Below the pieces are notes generated by a model. That model was not told the origin of the DNA. It ran no database searches and saw only the letters and a program-made list of their open reading frames with translations. Made by a program: the position numbers and the translations under genes. Positions 25,707 through 37,829 of a stretch of 64,000 nt of DNA are shown one piece after another; the first letter of the stretch is position 1; the number at the start of each line of letters is the position of its first letter. Source of the stretch: Octopus sinensis (Eukaryota); NCBI RefSeq assembly GCF_006345805.1, contig NC_043009.1:65534001-65598000 (forward strand), given 5' to 3'.

Positions 25707-26165
25707 CCTTAAATCCTTAAAAATGTCTTAGCCCGAGGGCCGCGGCCATGCTGGGGCACCACCGCTGAATGAGCTACACTAATATGTGAATCCACCTCTG
25801 ATACGTGGCACTTGATCAACAAGGGAGTTCGATGCTGCTGCCCGCATCCGCGTCTCCTGTCGTGAGGTAGGTTCATCTGGGACTCCCGACAAGAAGAGAT
25901 CCAGTTTAGTTTTAAAGAAACCCACATCCACACCATGTAAGTCTCACAGGCATTTAGGGAGGATGTTAAAGAGCTGTGGTCCTCTGAAACCCAAGCTGTT
26001 GCAGTATCTGGTCTTGTATTTTGATGATGATGTTGGAATCTTTGGCACCATGCAGTGGCGCCCCGTTCTGCGGTTGGGGTAACTTTGAATGCCAAAGTTT
26101 GGGACAAGACCCTCCAGGATTTTCCAGATGTATATCACCGCATATCTCTCCCGCCTATCTATCAT
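25707..26165 (-). mobile_element. 3' end of a CR1-clade LINE: RT C-terminus, 3' UTR and (TTTAAGGA) tail
   Basis: RRERYAVIYIWKILEGLVPN...FRGPQLFNILPKCL*DLHGVDVGFFKTKLDLFLSGVPDEPT...RAAASNSLVDQ, with one in-frame TGA at 25944-25946 and a stop at 25779-25781. Characteristic CR1/L2-group C-terminal motifs. Confidence 0.88.
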
Positions 26166-26426
26166 TCTAGATTCCTGCCCGCTTTCTCTCTCACAGGCGC
26201 AATATACTATGTGTTATGTGCACCTCTCCTGTCTGTCTGTTTGTCGTTTTGTCTGTCTGTGTCACCCTTTGTGGCTATATACCAGTCTCGCAGTCAATCA
26301 AGCAATCAGCTAATTATCTCCAGAAATATTTAAATGATTTAAAGTATTCTTTTTGTCGATTCTCCGAAACAATAAAAGTCTTGCCGAAGCAGACAGCACT
26401 AGTGTTTCTCGAGTCAGTTTGACCGT

Positions 26427-26452
26427 ATCTATTTCTATCTATCTATCTATCC

Positions 26453-26533
<81 letters not shown>

Positions 26534-26534
26534 C

Positions 26535-26591
<57 letters not shown>

Positions 26592-26640
26592 GATCTATCT
26601 ATCTGTCTAGCTATATATCTAACTATTTATCTATCTATCT
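26427..26640. repeat. (CTAT)n microsatellite
   Basis: Direct reading. Confidence 0.97.
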
Positions 26641-26644
26641 GTCT

Positions 26645-26950
26645 TTCACTTGTTTCAGTCATTAAACTGCAGCCACGCTGGTGCACCGCCTTGAATCATT
26701 TTTAATCCCAGTAATATTTTAAAGCCTGGTGACTCTCTAACTTATGGGAACTTAAACACAGCAACACCGGTTATCAAGCGCAGATACGAAAACAGACACA
26801 CACACATACGCATACATAGATATGTATACAAATACGGCGGGTTTCTTTCAGTTTCCGTCGGCCATATCAACTCACTTTGGTCGAAGTGGCCATGAAATTC
26901 TCTCCTGGCGCCATCTTGTTGAGGAGCAAGCTTTTTGCCCCACAGCCATG
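26645..26950 (-). mobile_element. Diverged SINE family B
   Basis: Reverse complement of the family-B tail (ttgtttcagtcattaaactgcagccacgctggtgcaccgcc) and head (ctttcagtttccgtc). Confidence 0.7.
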
Positions 26951-27067
26951 TCTGTGCTTTCCTGTCTATCTATGAAGCAATCTTTCCGTATTCTTTATAT
27001 TCTTGTTCTCCTGTTTCTTGATCCACGTACATTTACTAGCATACTAGAAACAAAAACATTTGTACAT

Positions 27068-27672
27068 TTATTTCTTTATTGTCTACAGGGGGTTAAACAT
27101 AGAGGGTACAAACAGGGACAGACAAAGAATTAAGTCGATTACATCAACCCCAGTGCGTAACTGGTACTTATTTAATCGATCCCGAAAGGATGAAAGGCAA
27201 AGTCAATCTCGGCAGAATTTGAACTCAGAACGAAATACCGGCAGACGAAATACCTATTTCTTACTACCCACAAAGGGCTAAACAGAGAAGCGACAAACAA
27301 AGACAGACAAACGGATTAAGTCGATTATATCGACCCCAGTGCTATACTGGTACTTATTTAATCGATCCCGAAAGGATGAAAGGCAAAGTCAATCTCGGCA
27401 GAATTTGAACTCAGAACGAAATACCGGCAGACGAAATACCTATTTCTTTACTACCCACAAAGGGCTAAACAGAGAAGAGACAAACAAGGACAGACAAACG
27501 GATTAAGTCGATTATATCGACCCCAGTGCGTAACTGGTACTTAATTTATCGACCCCGAAAAGATGAAAAGCAAAGTCGACCTCGGCGGAATTTGAACTTA
27601 GAACGTAGCGGCAGACGAAACACGGCTACGCATTTCGCCCAGCCTGCTTACGATTCTGCCAGCTCGCCGCCC
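27068..27672 (-). mobile_element. Tandem trimer of SINE family A (186-bp period)
   Basis: Three bodies with junctions GACGAAATAC|CTATTTC at 27253/27254 and 27439/27440; only the last unit keeps the A-box head. Confidence 0.92.
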
Positions 27673-28328
27673 TAAAAAGCAGATGTATAATTAACCACGT
27701 GATATAGCTGCTTAGTATGCTAGAATAACAGCGACATATCCTCCACATCAAACCCTATAATTTTGATGGACAAAAACAACTTTAAACAGTAAGTGTAAGG
27801 AGCTCAGTCAGTAAGTCATCAGGGAAATTAACTAAACTGGCTTGATTTTAGTCCTTCTTCAGTTCTGGACCTGGCGAGCGTCAACATCACAAAACAAGTG
27901 GCTGTGCGCGAACTGACGCCTTGTCTGTTGATGGTCTGATATGCAATCGACTATATTTTCGCAGATAAGTGATATAAATCACAGGAACCTCCAAAATTTA
28001 ACGAATTTAATATAGTCCACATATGACCGTTCCAGAACTCAAGAGACAAACTATACATCCATTCGGTACGCTAGAAACAGAAGCATAATTTCGCTTAAAC
28101 TACATTTATTTCACTGGAAAAAAAAGTAAAGATTAAATTAAATTATAAAGATCTGTGTGCATTAAATGAAAGCTGAACTTTTCACAGCCGACTCGTCTGT
28201 GTTCAAATATATTAAACCGAAGAATTAGCCATAACAACTTTGTAGCAAAGCCAAAATGCATTTCTTATTCTAAAAATGTTAATACAGAAAGCTAAAACGC
28301 CAGAATGAATATTAGTTTCTAATTTTTA

Positions 28329-28518
28329 GCACAAGGCCAGCAATTTCGAGTGAAGTGGGTAAGTCGATCACATCGACCCCAGTGCTCAACTGTTACTTAT
28401 TTAATCTACATCAAAAAGATAAAAGGCGAAGTCTACCTAGGCGGAATTTGAACTCAGAAGACGGATAAAATGCCGCTAAGCATTAGCCTGGCGTGCTTAC
28501 CATTTTATCAGCTTGTCG
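28329..28518 (-). mobile_element. SINE family A (tail A1), diverged
   Basis: gcacaaggcc...gtcgatcacatcgaccccagtgctcaactg...ggcggaatttgaactcaga...gctaagcatt. Confidence 0.8.
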
Positions 28519-29535
28519 GTTTAACCTGAATAAATATTAGACGGTAATTACAATCTTATCGCCAGGCCCAGGATATTACCAGCTTTACTTAAACCTCCAT
28601 TACGGTCATTTACCTGAAGACAACAAATATACTTTTTCTTTCTTTTTCTTTTCTTTTCTTTTTTTTTCTTTGTTTGCATTTCATTTTTCATTTTCTCCTC
28701 TTATTTACTTCAGCTGAAAGTTTCAGCAAGATATATGCTGAGATATTTAATGAAAGAACATTACTAAAGCTGATTTTTTAAAAACTTTGTCTTTACTATT
28801 TTTTGTTTCTTTCTTTTTTGTTTCTATTTGGATTTTTTTTTTATCTATTGACTTTTCGTTTTAAATTTATAATTTATGTGTTTGTGATTACGGCAAATAT
28901 ATTGCCACTCTTCCATTTGGTTTTATGTTTAGCGCGGTTGGATATGAAAGCAATGACAGGAAAGTTTAAAACTTAAATCTATTAATATAAGTGTCTGTTC
29001 TTTCATTCCAAACTCACCTAAATCTTAATTAGAGGAAGGAGAAAATACAAACAGAGTATTTAAAACGAAACACAAATTAGGAATTACAATTAGAATCAGT
29101 GTAAAATGTATGTATATTCAAAAAGAAAAAAAAGGGGGAAGAAAGAAAGAAAGCCAAAAAGAAAGCAAGCTGTTCGCAATGAAATGATTTGAACCAGTAT
29201 TGATTCTGTAACTTAAATAGACGGTGACACATAATTATAAAGAATATCCGAATAGAAGAGAAATAAACAAAAAAGTCATTGTTAGAGTCGTAAAAAAAAT
29301 TATGCCAAAGATGAATGCACTTGGAGAAACATTCGAAATGGAATTAAAACAAAGTTGACGGCAATAAGTGAAAGTCTTAATTAGAAAATACATAAATTAA
29401 AAATGGTGTTACACATGGCTGAGTTGATAGTATGTCGGAGTGGCAGCTGGTAGATCGAGGTTTCGCCTCCAGCATCATGTTATTCATTACCTTTAATGTT
29501 ATCATGGATTTTAGCCTCCCAAAGAAACCGCTGGT

Positions 29536-29872
29536 ATGGCTATGCTTTAAGAACTGTAAGACGTTTGCTTCCTAAGCACATGGTTCCAGGTTCAGTCCCA
29601 CTGCGTGGCACCTTGGGGATATGTCGTCTACTTTAGCCTCGGGCCGATTAAGGACTTGTGCGGGAATTTGGTAGACGGAAGCTGAAAGAAACATGTCGCG
29701 TGTGTGTGTGCATGTATATATATATATATATATATATAGTTAATCAAATATATTCAATGAGAATACAGTATACTGAATTTCGAATAAATGCTCTTGGTAG
29801 GGAGATGTCTAAACCTTAAAGGTATTTAGACATTTAATAAGAGCGATTATATATTATAAAGTAAGAGCAGGA

Positions 29873-29944
<72 letters not shown>

Positions 29945-30372
29945 GGCCCAAAAGTCACTAGACTTTTAGGATGAGTCCGCCTTTCTCAAGAACAAAATGG
30001 TGGCCATTTGAAGGATATCAGTTTCAAAACTAATTGAAAATATTTTCCAAGTGTGTTTATTGATTATAGAAGATTAAATGTGAATATTTAATAAATAAAA
30101 GGGTGATTATATTTTTAAATGATCTAGTAATTTGTAAGATGGAGAACCCCATGCATATGCATATGTGTGTGTATGTGTGTATGTGTTTGTCACCCACTAC
30201 AACGTAACAACAAGTACTAGTGTGTTTAAATTCCAGTAACTTAGGGGTTCAGCAAAAGAAACTAATAGAATAAATACCAGGTTTTAAAATGTAATAAGTA
30301 CTGGGGTCTATTCGTTCGACTAAAATACTTCAAGGCGGTGTCCCAGGGTGGCCTCAGTCTAATGACTAAGAT
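29536..30372 (+). mobile_element. SINE family B split by ~400 bp inserted in its central microsatellite
   Basis: Head 29536-29740 and tail 30155-30372 both match 2544-2950. Confidence 0.7.
29940..30152. mobile_element. Possible Tc1/mariner MITE nested in the SINE
   Basis: TA-AGGGTGGCCCAAAAGTCACTAGA start; degenerate inverted end tctagtaatttg...gaacccc. Confidence 0.4.
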
Positions 30373-31748
30373 ATTTATACAGCACACCAGTACTCTGTAC
30401 TCCATTTTGATACGATACAATTTACAACGATCCTTCTTCTATATTTACCTCTTTATACAAGTTCCTTCCTTTAGATTTTGTTTCTGCATCCAATTCCTGT
30501 CAGAAGTAATCAAAAACCATTTGAATCGCTGCTTCAATACCTATTTCAAATATGATATTTTTGTTGATTATTGTTGCCCGATTTCTGTTTTTAGTTGGAA
30601 TTGCCATTATTGTCGTCTCTTGTTGGTTGTTGTTTGCGTTGTTGATGTTGTTTAGTTCAGATCAACTCTTATTGAAAGCTTAGATCTCTTTGTTGTTTCG
30701 TAAACCAAAGCCGAGCTTGATCCCATTTCCTTCTTTAAGACAGCGGGTTGGGATTTGAAAGGGATTTCACCATGATTTCTAGAAATTGTAATGTAAAGTA
30801 GAAACATTTTCGTTGGTTGAAGCCGGCATTTACAAACACGGGGTACGTCTCCGTCGTTGATCAAACAACATTCAACTCTTTTCAGACACAAACACACACA
30901 CACATACACACATCACACCACACGTACGCATACACACACAGATATATATACGCGCAACACACGTATATAGAGAGAGTTAGTAGCGACTGCTATACAAACA
31001 CACATACACACACACACACACGTCAGTCAAAATGATTTGTTAATTCTTACAGAGTTGGAGTGTATCAGTTCTGAAGCGTATCATGAAATATTTAACAATT
31101 TCAGAACTATGATTCTTGACTGTCAGATAGAAATGAGACAAATGTACAACAAAACTTGTTCCACACAGAAGAGATACGGCAAATGTCTTAGTACCATCCG
31201 GGTCCGTGCATAATTTCGTTGAGGATATTTGCGATTTGATTTCCTTCGCGTGACCAAAACATTTTCAGAGCTAGCCAGTGTTATATAACGGGAACCAGCA
31301 AGCAGTCCTGAAGCGACACAAGACCGGACAAAGAAAGAAAACAAAATAGTTATTTACTGAGTTTGTCCAAAATAGTTTAAGCTTCCATCTTAAATGTTTT
31401 TCCCAGGAGAATAATTTAAACATCTGGTTTGGCAGGCGTTGCTGCCGTAGGAGGTTAATTTAACAAGAATACGGTTCAAGGTCGAGTTCCACTATCTGAC
31501 ACTTTGGTCAAATATCTTCTAATATAGCCTCCGGCAGAGCAAAGCCTTTGTGAATTCATTTGGTAGGCGGAAGCTGCTAATAGAAATTTAATAGTAGTCT
31601 CTAATGAAATCTCAAATACTTTTAATATAAAAACAAATTTAGAAATTCAAAGATAAAATAAACGTTAACTTTAATATGGATTAAAATCAGAGACTACTTA
31701 CTCCTTCAAAAATCTGCGTGTAAACATCAAGATTATGATCTTAACTCG

Positions 31749-31925
31749 ATGAATACTTTATGGTTAATTATTCCATTTGGTAAACAAGTAAATTATAATT
31801 TTTCCAAATTGCTTAATATAGCAATTGAAAAATATCTTCCAATCAATCATAAACATAGAATTTTTAATAAATGTAAGATTCGCATAGCTTATTGTCTTAA
31901 CAAAAAGGATTGTACAAATTATAGC
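31749..31925 (+). pseudogene. Penelope-like element RT-EN linker fragment
   Basis: LWLIIPFGKQVNYNFSKLLNIAIEKYLPINHKHRIFNKCKIRIAYC resembles the PLE segment W(F)NPPFS..V..N....F..L..KHFP..H....IFN...I.ISYSC. Confidence 0.55.
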
Positions 31926-31943
31926 AACATATGGTGTTAAAAT

Positions 31944-32157
31944 GATCTTTTCTACTCTAGGCACAAGGCCCGAAATTCTGAGGGAGGAGGCCAGTCGATT
32001 AGATCGACTCCAGTACGCAACTGGTACTTAATTTATCGCCCCCAAAGGATGAAAGTCAAAGTCGACCTCGGCGGAATTTGAACTTACAACGTGAAGACAG
32101 ACGAAATACCACTAAGAATTTCGCTCGGCGTGGTAACGTTTCTGCCAGCTTGCAGCC
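31944..32157 (-). mobile_element. SINE family A (tail A1), full length
   Basis: Complete head, body and tail. Confidence 0.88.
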
Positions 32158-32169
32158 TTTGTAATGTTA

Positions 32170-32715
32170 AAATAATATCGAAATATGTTTTGGCTTTCAT
32201 TTCCTTCTGCGTTGAGCCAGAGGCTGAGGCCAGGATATATTTCAGTGTATTCTGGAAAAAACATTTCAGTAGTATTTCAAGAAAGTCAAGTTGTTGCGTA
32301 AGGCTTCCTTGTTTCAGTAAAGGAATAGCGAAGGTGAATGGTGAGTAACTGCCGGTGGAGGTCAATGTATTATGGTGGCATTTGTGTGTAAAGTGGAATA
32401 ATCTGTGAATAAATTTGTAGGAAGAGGGCAAAATTTGGGAGAAGTAAGAGAAATGAGTTGAATGAAAATTGTGTAGGGGTGAGGCAGAAAGGGAGAACGT
32501 CGAAGGGGAAATGACATTGTTGGACAAGGCAATGATCGGTATGAGGTGGTCGATGAGGTTGAGGGAGGCAGGAGTGGATAATGGTGTAGTTGTGGAGAAT
32601 GGATGAGAGGAGAAAGTAGTTGGAGAGCAGGATTCAGTTGAGATACGATGTGGCCAGAATGTTGGTTGTTTTGTCCTTGCGCTGTTTGAAAGGGAACCGA
32701 CGTCCGCGAGTGAAT
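32170..32715 (-). pseudogene. Possible decayed LINE APE-endonuclease segment (CR1 group)
   Basis: Stop-free minus frame with ...HKCHHNTLTSTGSYSPFTFAI...SLTQQLDF, resembling FNAHH..WL.S.....FAI..SLTQ.VDF; weak. Confidence 0.35.
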
Positions 32716-32716
32716 T

Positions 32717-33425
32717 ATACATACACACACACATACATACATACATACATACATACACACATACATACATACATACATACATACATACACACACACATAC
32801 ATACATACTACATACACACACACATAATACATACATACATACATACATAAATACATACAACACACATACATACATACATACATACATACATACACACATA
32901 CATACATACATACCTACATACATACATACACACGCACACTACATACATACATACATACATAATACATACATACTACATACACACACACATAATACATACA
33001 TACATACACATACATACATACATACATACGCACACATACATACATACATACATACACACGCACACATACATACATACATACATACATACACACACATACA
33101 TACATACATACATACAACATACATACATACAACATACATACATACATACATACTACATACACACACACATACATACATACATACATACATACATACACAC
33201 ACACATAATACATACATACATACATACACACAACATACATACATACATACATACACACACACATACATACATACATACATACACACACACATAATACATA
33301 CATACATACATACACACGCACACATACATACATACACATACATACATACATACATACACACATACATACATACATAATACATACATACATAATACATACA
33401 TACATACAACATACATACATACATG

Positions 33426-33457
<32 letters not shown>

Positions 33458-33542
33458 CATACATATATACATACATACATACATGCATACATACATACAT
33501 ACATACATACATACATACATACATACATACATACATACATAC
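32717..33542. repeat. ~830-bp degenerate (CATA)n/(CA)n microsatellite
   Basis: Direct reading; source of the MYVC-repeat ORFs. Confidence 0.97.
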
Positions 33543-34046
33543 ATCATAAGCAGTTGTCCGAAAATGTCATCACGGCATTATCTTCCGATGAGACATGTTG
33601 TAGCTAGGACACTCGATAATGAGATCTGTTGGAAGGATAATCCCAAGGACAAAGAAATAAGAACCCACAATATGGTGGAAGCCATAGCCACTCATGATGA
33701 AAAGGAATACTGGCGGAATGTCCCAGTGAAGACCTTAATAAAATGTAAGCGCAACAGACCTGATATAATGATTTGGGATAGAGAAGAGAAACTGTACACA
33801 GTTGAAGAAATTAGCTTCCCAGCAGATGTTAACATGAAGCTGAAGACCAGTGAAAAAGATTACATGTTCAGGTTTATACCTGTAATTATTGAGGCTCTGG
33901 GATATGTAACACACTGCTTAAATACCAATCTTGAGAAATTAGGCTTCTCAAAACCATAAAGGAGAACGCTAATTCGAAGGCTACGGATCCAGTTCATCAC
34001 TAGAACTGTAAAAATCTGTAAAACTTTCCAGAAGTTTATCCTTTAG
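33543..34046 (+). mobile_element. 3' end of an R4/Dong-like non-LTR retrotransposon (restriction-like endonuclease domain), pseudogenised
   Basis: IISSCP (end of CCHC finger), RH..VA..L, RPDIMIWDREEKLYTVEEIS (PD-(D/E)xK), FRFIPVIIEALGYV, then after one stop RRTLIRRLRIQFITRTVKICKTFQKFIL*. An internal deletion is apparent after SEK. Confidence 0.85.
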
Positions 34047-34185
34047 ATATATATGAGCATGTCTAGATTTGTAACTATATGTATGAGAATACATACATAA
34101 ATCATACAAATCTGCACATATATACATACATACGGACACAAACACACACACAATCACATATATATGTACATAAATGTATGTATGT

Positions 34186-34251
<66 letters not shown>

Positions 34252-34261
34252 TGTATGTAGG

Positions 34262-34312
<51 letters not shown>

Positions 34313-34589
34313 ATTTACTTTTAATTGGTTATTCCTACAATCGTATGTTTGTGTTTCTACTGAATATTGTCAAATTACACTTTATGTAATTTTCGATAAC
34401 ACATATCTGGAACGTAAAAGATTGGACGCAAATGCTTAAAATGTTTTTGAATTCAGATCAGTTGGATCAAACATCAGAAACGAAGAGCTTTGGCAAGGGA
34501 GTCTCAGCGTCGTGCGTAGTTCTTCTTGAAATGGTGAACCTCTTCCAAAACATAGGATACCAACTTCAAAAATGGTGGAGGTAAATTAA

Positions 34590-34939
34590 CCCTTTAAACC
34601 CCTGATATCCGTTGTCCTCGGCACCCTCACCCCAGCTTCCTTGGGTAAAAGAGCCCAAAAATAAATAAATAAATGATTTCCCACCTAATATTGTTTCAGT
34701 GTCAGTAAAATGTATTTTCTGTCTCTTATATTGAAATAAGATGCCAAATAGAGGGCAGCACTGTCCGTATCACTTCCTTTTTTTCTGTTTTATCGCCAAT
34801 ACTGGCGCTTGTGGTGCCAGTCGAACTAACAGTGACTGTCTGGTTTTCCAATGCAGAAAATACTGACCAATAAACCGGCTACTGAGATATTTGTATCTGC
34901 GGCTGGCAGCCAGAATAGCGGGCGCTGGGGATCTGAGGG
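34590..34939. mobile_element. piggyBac-like non-autonomous element
   Basis: TTAA at 34586-34589 and 34940-34943; termini CCCT...AGGG with further CCCC(T/A)G similarity. Confidence 0.65.
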
Positions 34940-35639
34940 TTAAATAATGTAGTTTCGAATATTGTGCGACAGAAAAATGTACGACGAAATGGTCACATCT
35001 GGAATGTCCTTGATCACAAGTGTATTCAATTGAAGCTGTCTTAAGGTTAAGCGATAGCCAAAATGGCGTAGTTTAATCAAGCTAAAAGCCAAACCGGCAG
35101 ACATCAGACGTCAATAAGCAAGCAGTCAGATCAAGCAGAAAACGATAGCAGCGACCAAAATATTGTTGGACATTGTCAAAAATAATTAGATTCCTTCTTG
35201 TCAAAGAACTATTCAGTTCTCTTGAAATTTTTGTCGTTTTCCATCTTTTGTCGCCTTGAAGGAGATGTGAAAGTTGCGGCGATGAAAGTCAGGGAAACAT
35301 TTATGGAAGGGTTAAAAGGTCCAGGGAAATTAGCGACAACTTCATAAATTTGGTTAATCAATCATTAAATATGGTGAAAGAATAGGAACAGAGAGTGGAG
35401 GAAGGGGGGAAGAGTGGGAAGGAGGCAGAAAAAGCAAAACGCAAAAAGAGAGGAATAGAAAGGAGGAAGTGATATACGAATATAGGAGAGAGAGAACAGG
35501 GAGAGGAGAAAGATGAGGAGAAGAAGAAGAAGAAAGACAATGCAATAAATGGTTGTAGAATAATAGACAAACAAGACAAATATAAATAAACAATGAGAGT
35601 CAGGGATGCATGAATAGATAAAGAGAGAGAGTATCATGC

Positions 35640-35950
<311 letters not shown>

Positions 35951-37829
35951 GTGCAAGCATGCGTATGCATGAATGTATCGAAGACATAAAGCTAAGCGTG
36001 TGGTTAACAATATCAAATAGTATTTTCTTCTCAATTCCAAACACAAAAAAAAATTGTTCAACTCCAATCTCTCTGAGTGATGAAGTCTTATCACTTCCTT
36101 TACTCATCGCATTTTAAAGAGATTCAACGGAATGGTCGATAAATGAATTTACTGGCATTTTATAGTCACACCTAGTAGCCGACCGTTTACTTTCTTTGTA
36201 TAATCGCAAAAGTGTTTTCTATGGTGCAAACAAAGCATACAAAAGTACCATGAACAAAAAAAAAATTCTCTCTCTCTCTCACTGTCTACAATTTCCTTTA
36301 AACATAACATATGGGTCACAAGTAGGGAAGCTGGATGAATTACTCTGTAGTGCAACTGTGTGTGGTGGCGTGAGAGCTATCCTTTGTATCAAATATATTC
36401 TCTCATCAGCTGTATATTGAGACTAAATTGAGCAACATTTTCTGATGGAGTTCCAACAAGATCCTTCATAAAGTGAAAAACAGCCCTGCCTTGTTCTGAC
36501 ACATCAGAAGCATCACTGACCATCCATTCCAGAACACTTGTGTGATGTTTAACGGAACTTACTTTGTAAACTAACCATCACGAAAGCATTTGAGATACTT
36601 TTCGACTACTTCAATACTCGTAGTCCGCCCTTCACATTTCGATTTACGCCCAACATATGCTATTTATGGGGAAGGGTTTAAAGTAGTTAAAAAAAAATTA
36701 CCGGTCAGTATCTTTCATTTCACTTGTTATGTCTTGGAACGAAATATCACGGAAATTGTTTACATGTGTACTGACATTTAATAAACACAATCTCTGTTTG
36801 TCTAGAATGTGCTGTTCACAGAACCGGCTTCTCATCAAGTCAATTATAGATGTTGATCGTAGATTGCAATTATACGAGCTACATGACTGTAGCATAATTA
36901 ACAGAATAGGGAAGTGGATGCCTGGTGTTTTAAAAGACAGAAGAGGTGCTGTAAACGATGTCCTTTCAAAAGATACAATTTTTCTGGCATCTGCTAAAGG
37001 TAAACCACCGACGTACGTTTTGCTCCGTATTCCTTTGGAGCCTACTAGCGATATTAAAAGTGGGTTCTGTTGTTCTGACAAAAATTTGATCGTTATACAC
37101 CCAGGTGAGGCTTATTTCCTGAAGAGGTCAGTTCCCTGCCACTGGGAAAAGTCGTAGTAACAGTGTAGCATAGCACGGTCGGATTGGGTTACACTGGAGC
37201 TCAAATTCTGACTGACCTATACTGCCAAATCCTTTAAAGGCGACGAAAGATGAATTAGTGAAGACATGTGGATTGCTAAGTCAGTAAAGTGTTGGAGAAT
37301 ATCACTCAAGGTTATTAATTTCAGCTCTTTATATTCTGGCGATATAAACAGACAAACCTACTTATAGGAGAGTTTTTTCTCATGGTATCTACTGCAGTAA
37401 AGTTTGATTTAACACAACATTCACATTTTAATGAAAATAAATATTAATTTTAACTTTCTCAGATTTCTCTAAAGTCTTAAAACAAAGTCCCAGGCCATTT
37501 ATAGTGGGCCATTTAATTGACTATACCCGTTCCAAACAATTGACTCGTTCTTTTATTAACATATTTAACATTGACTAAATATTCAACGTAGGCTGTTTGT
37601 AGTTCTTTGTATAATTTGAAGTAATTTTACAAGTGTATAATAATGCAGTGATTCGAATAGTTTTATGCTATTACGATTTATTTGAATTCTAAGACAAATT
37701 TTCCAACATCACTCTTAAGAATTTTATGATCTCACTCGCTCATATTTAAAAGTATATCAGAGTTTAATGCTCTTCGGTTTTTGTTGTTCCTGCTGTTGTT
37801 GTTGCTGTGCTGCAAACACGATTATATGG

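Noticed and set aside
27068-27672. CRISPR-like or repeat-spacer interpretation of the periodic repeats (also 5136-6084 and 49060-50620)
   Set aside because: The units are contiguous without unique spacers, the context is eukaryotic, and there are no cas-like ORFs.
32084-33547. MYVC-repeat ORFs, and the similar YI/CV/HT-repeat ORFs throughout the window
   Set aside because: They are microsatellite translations.
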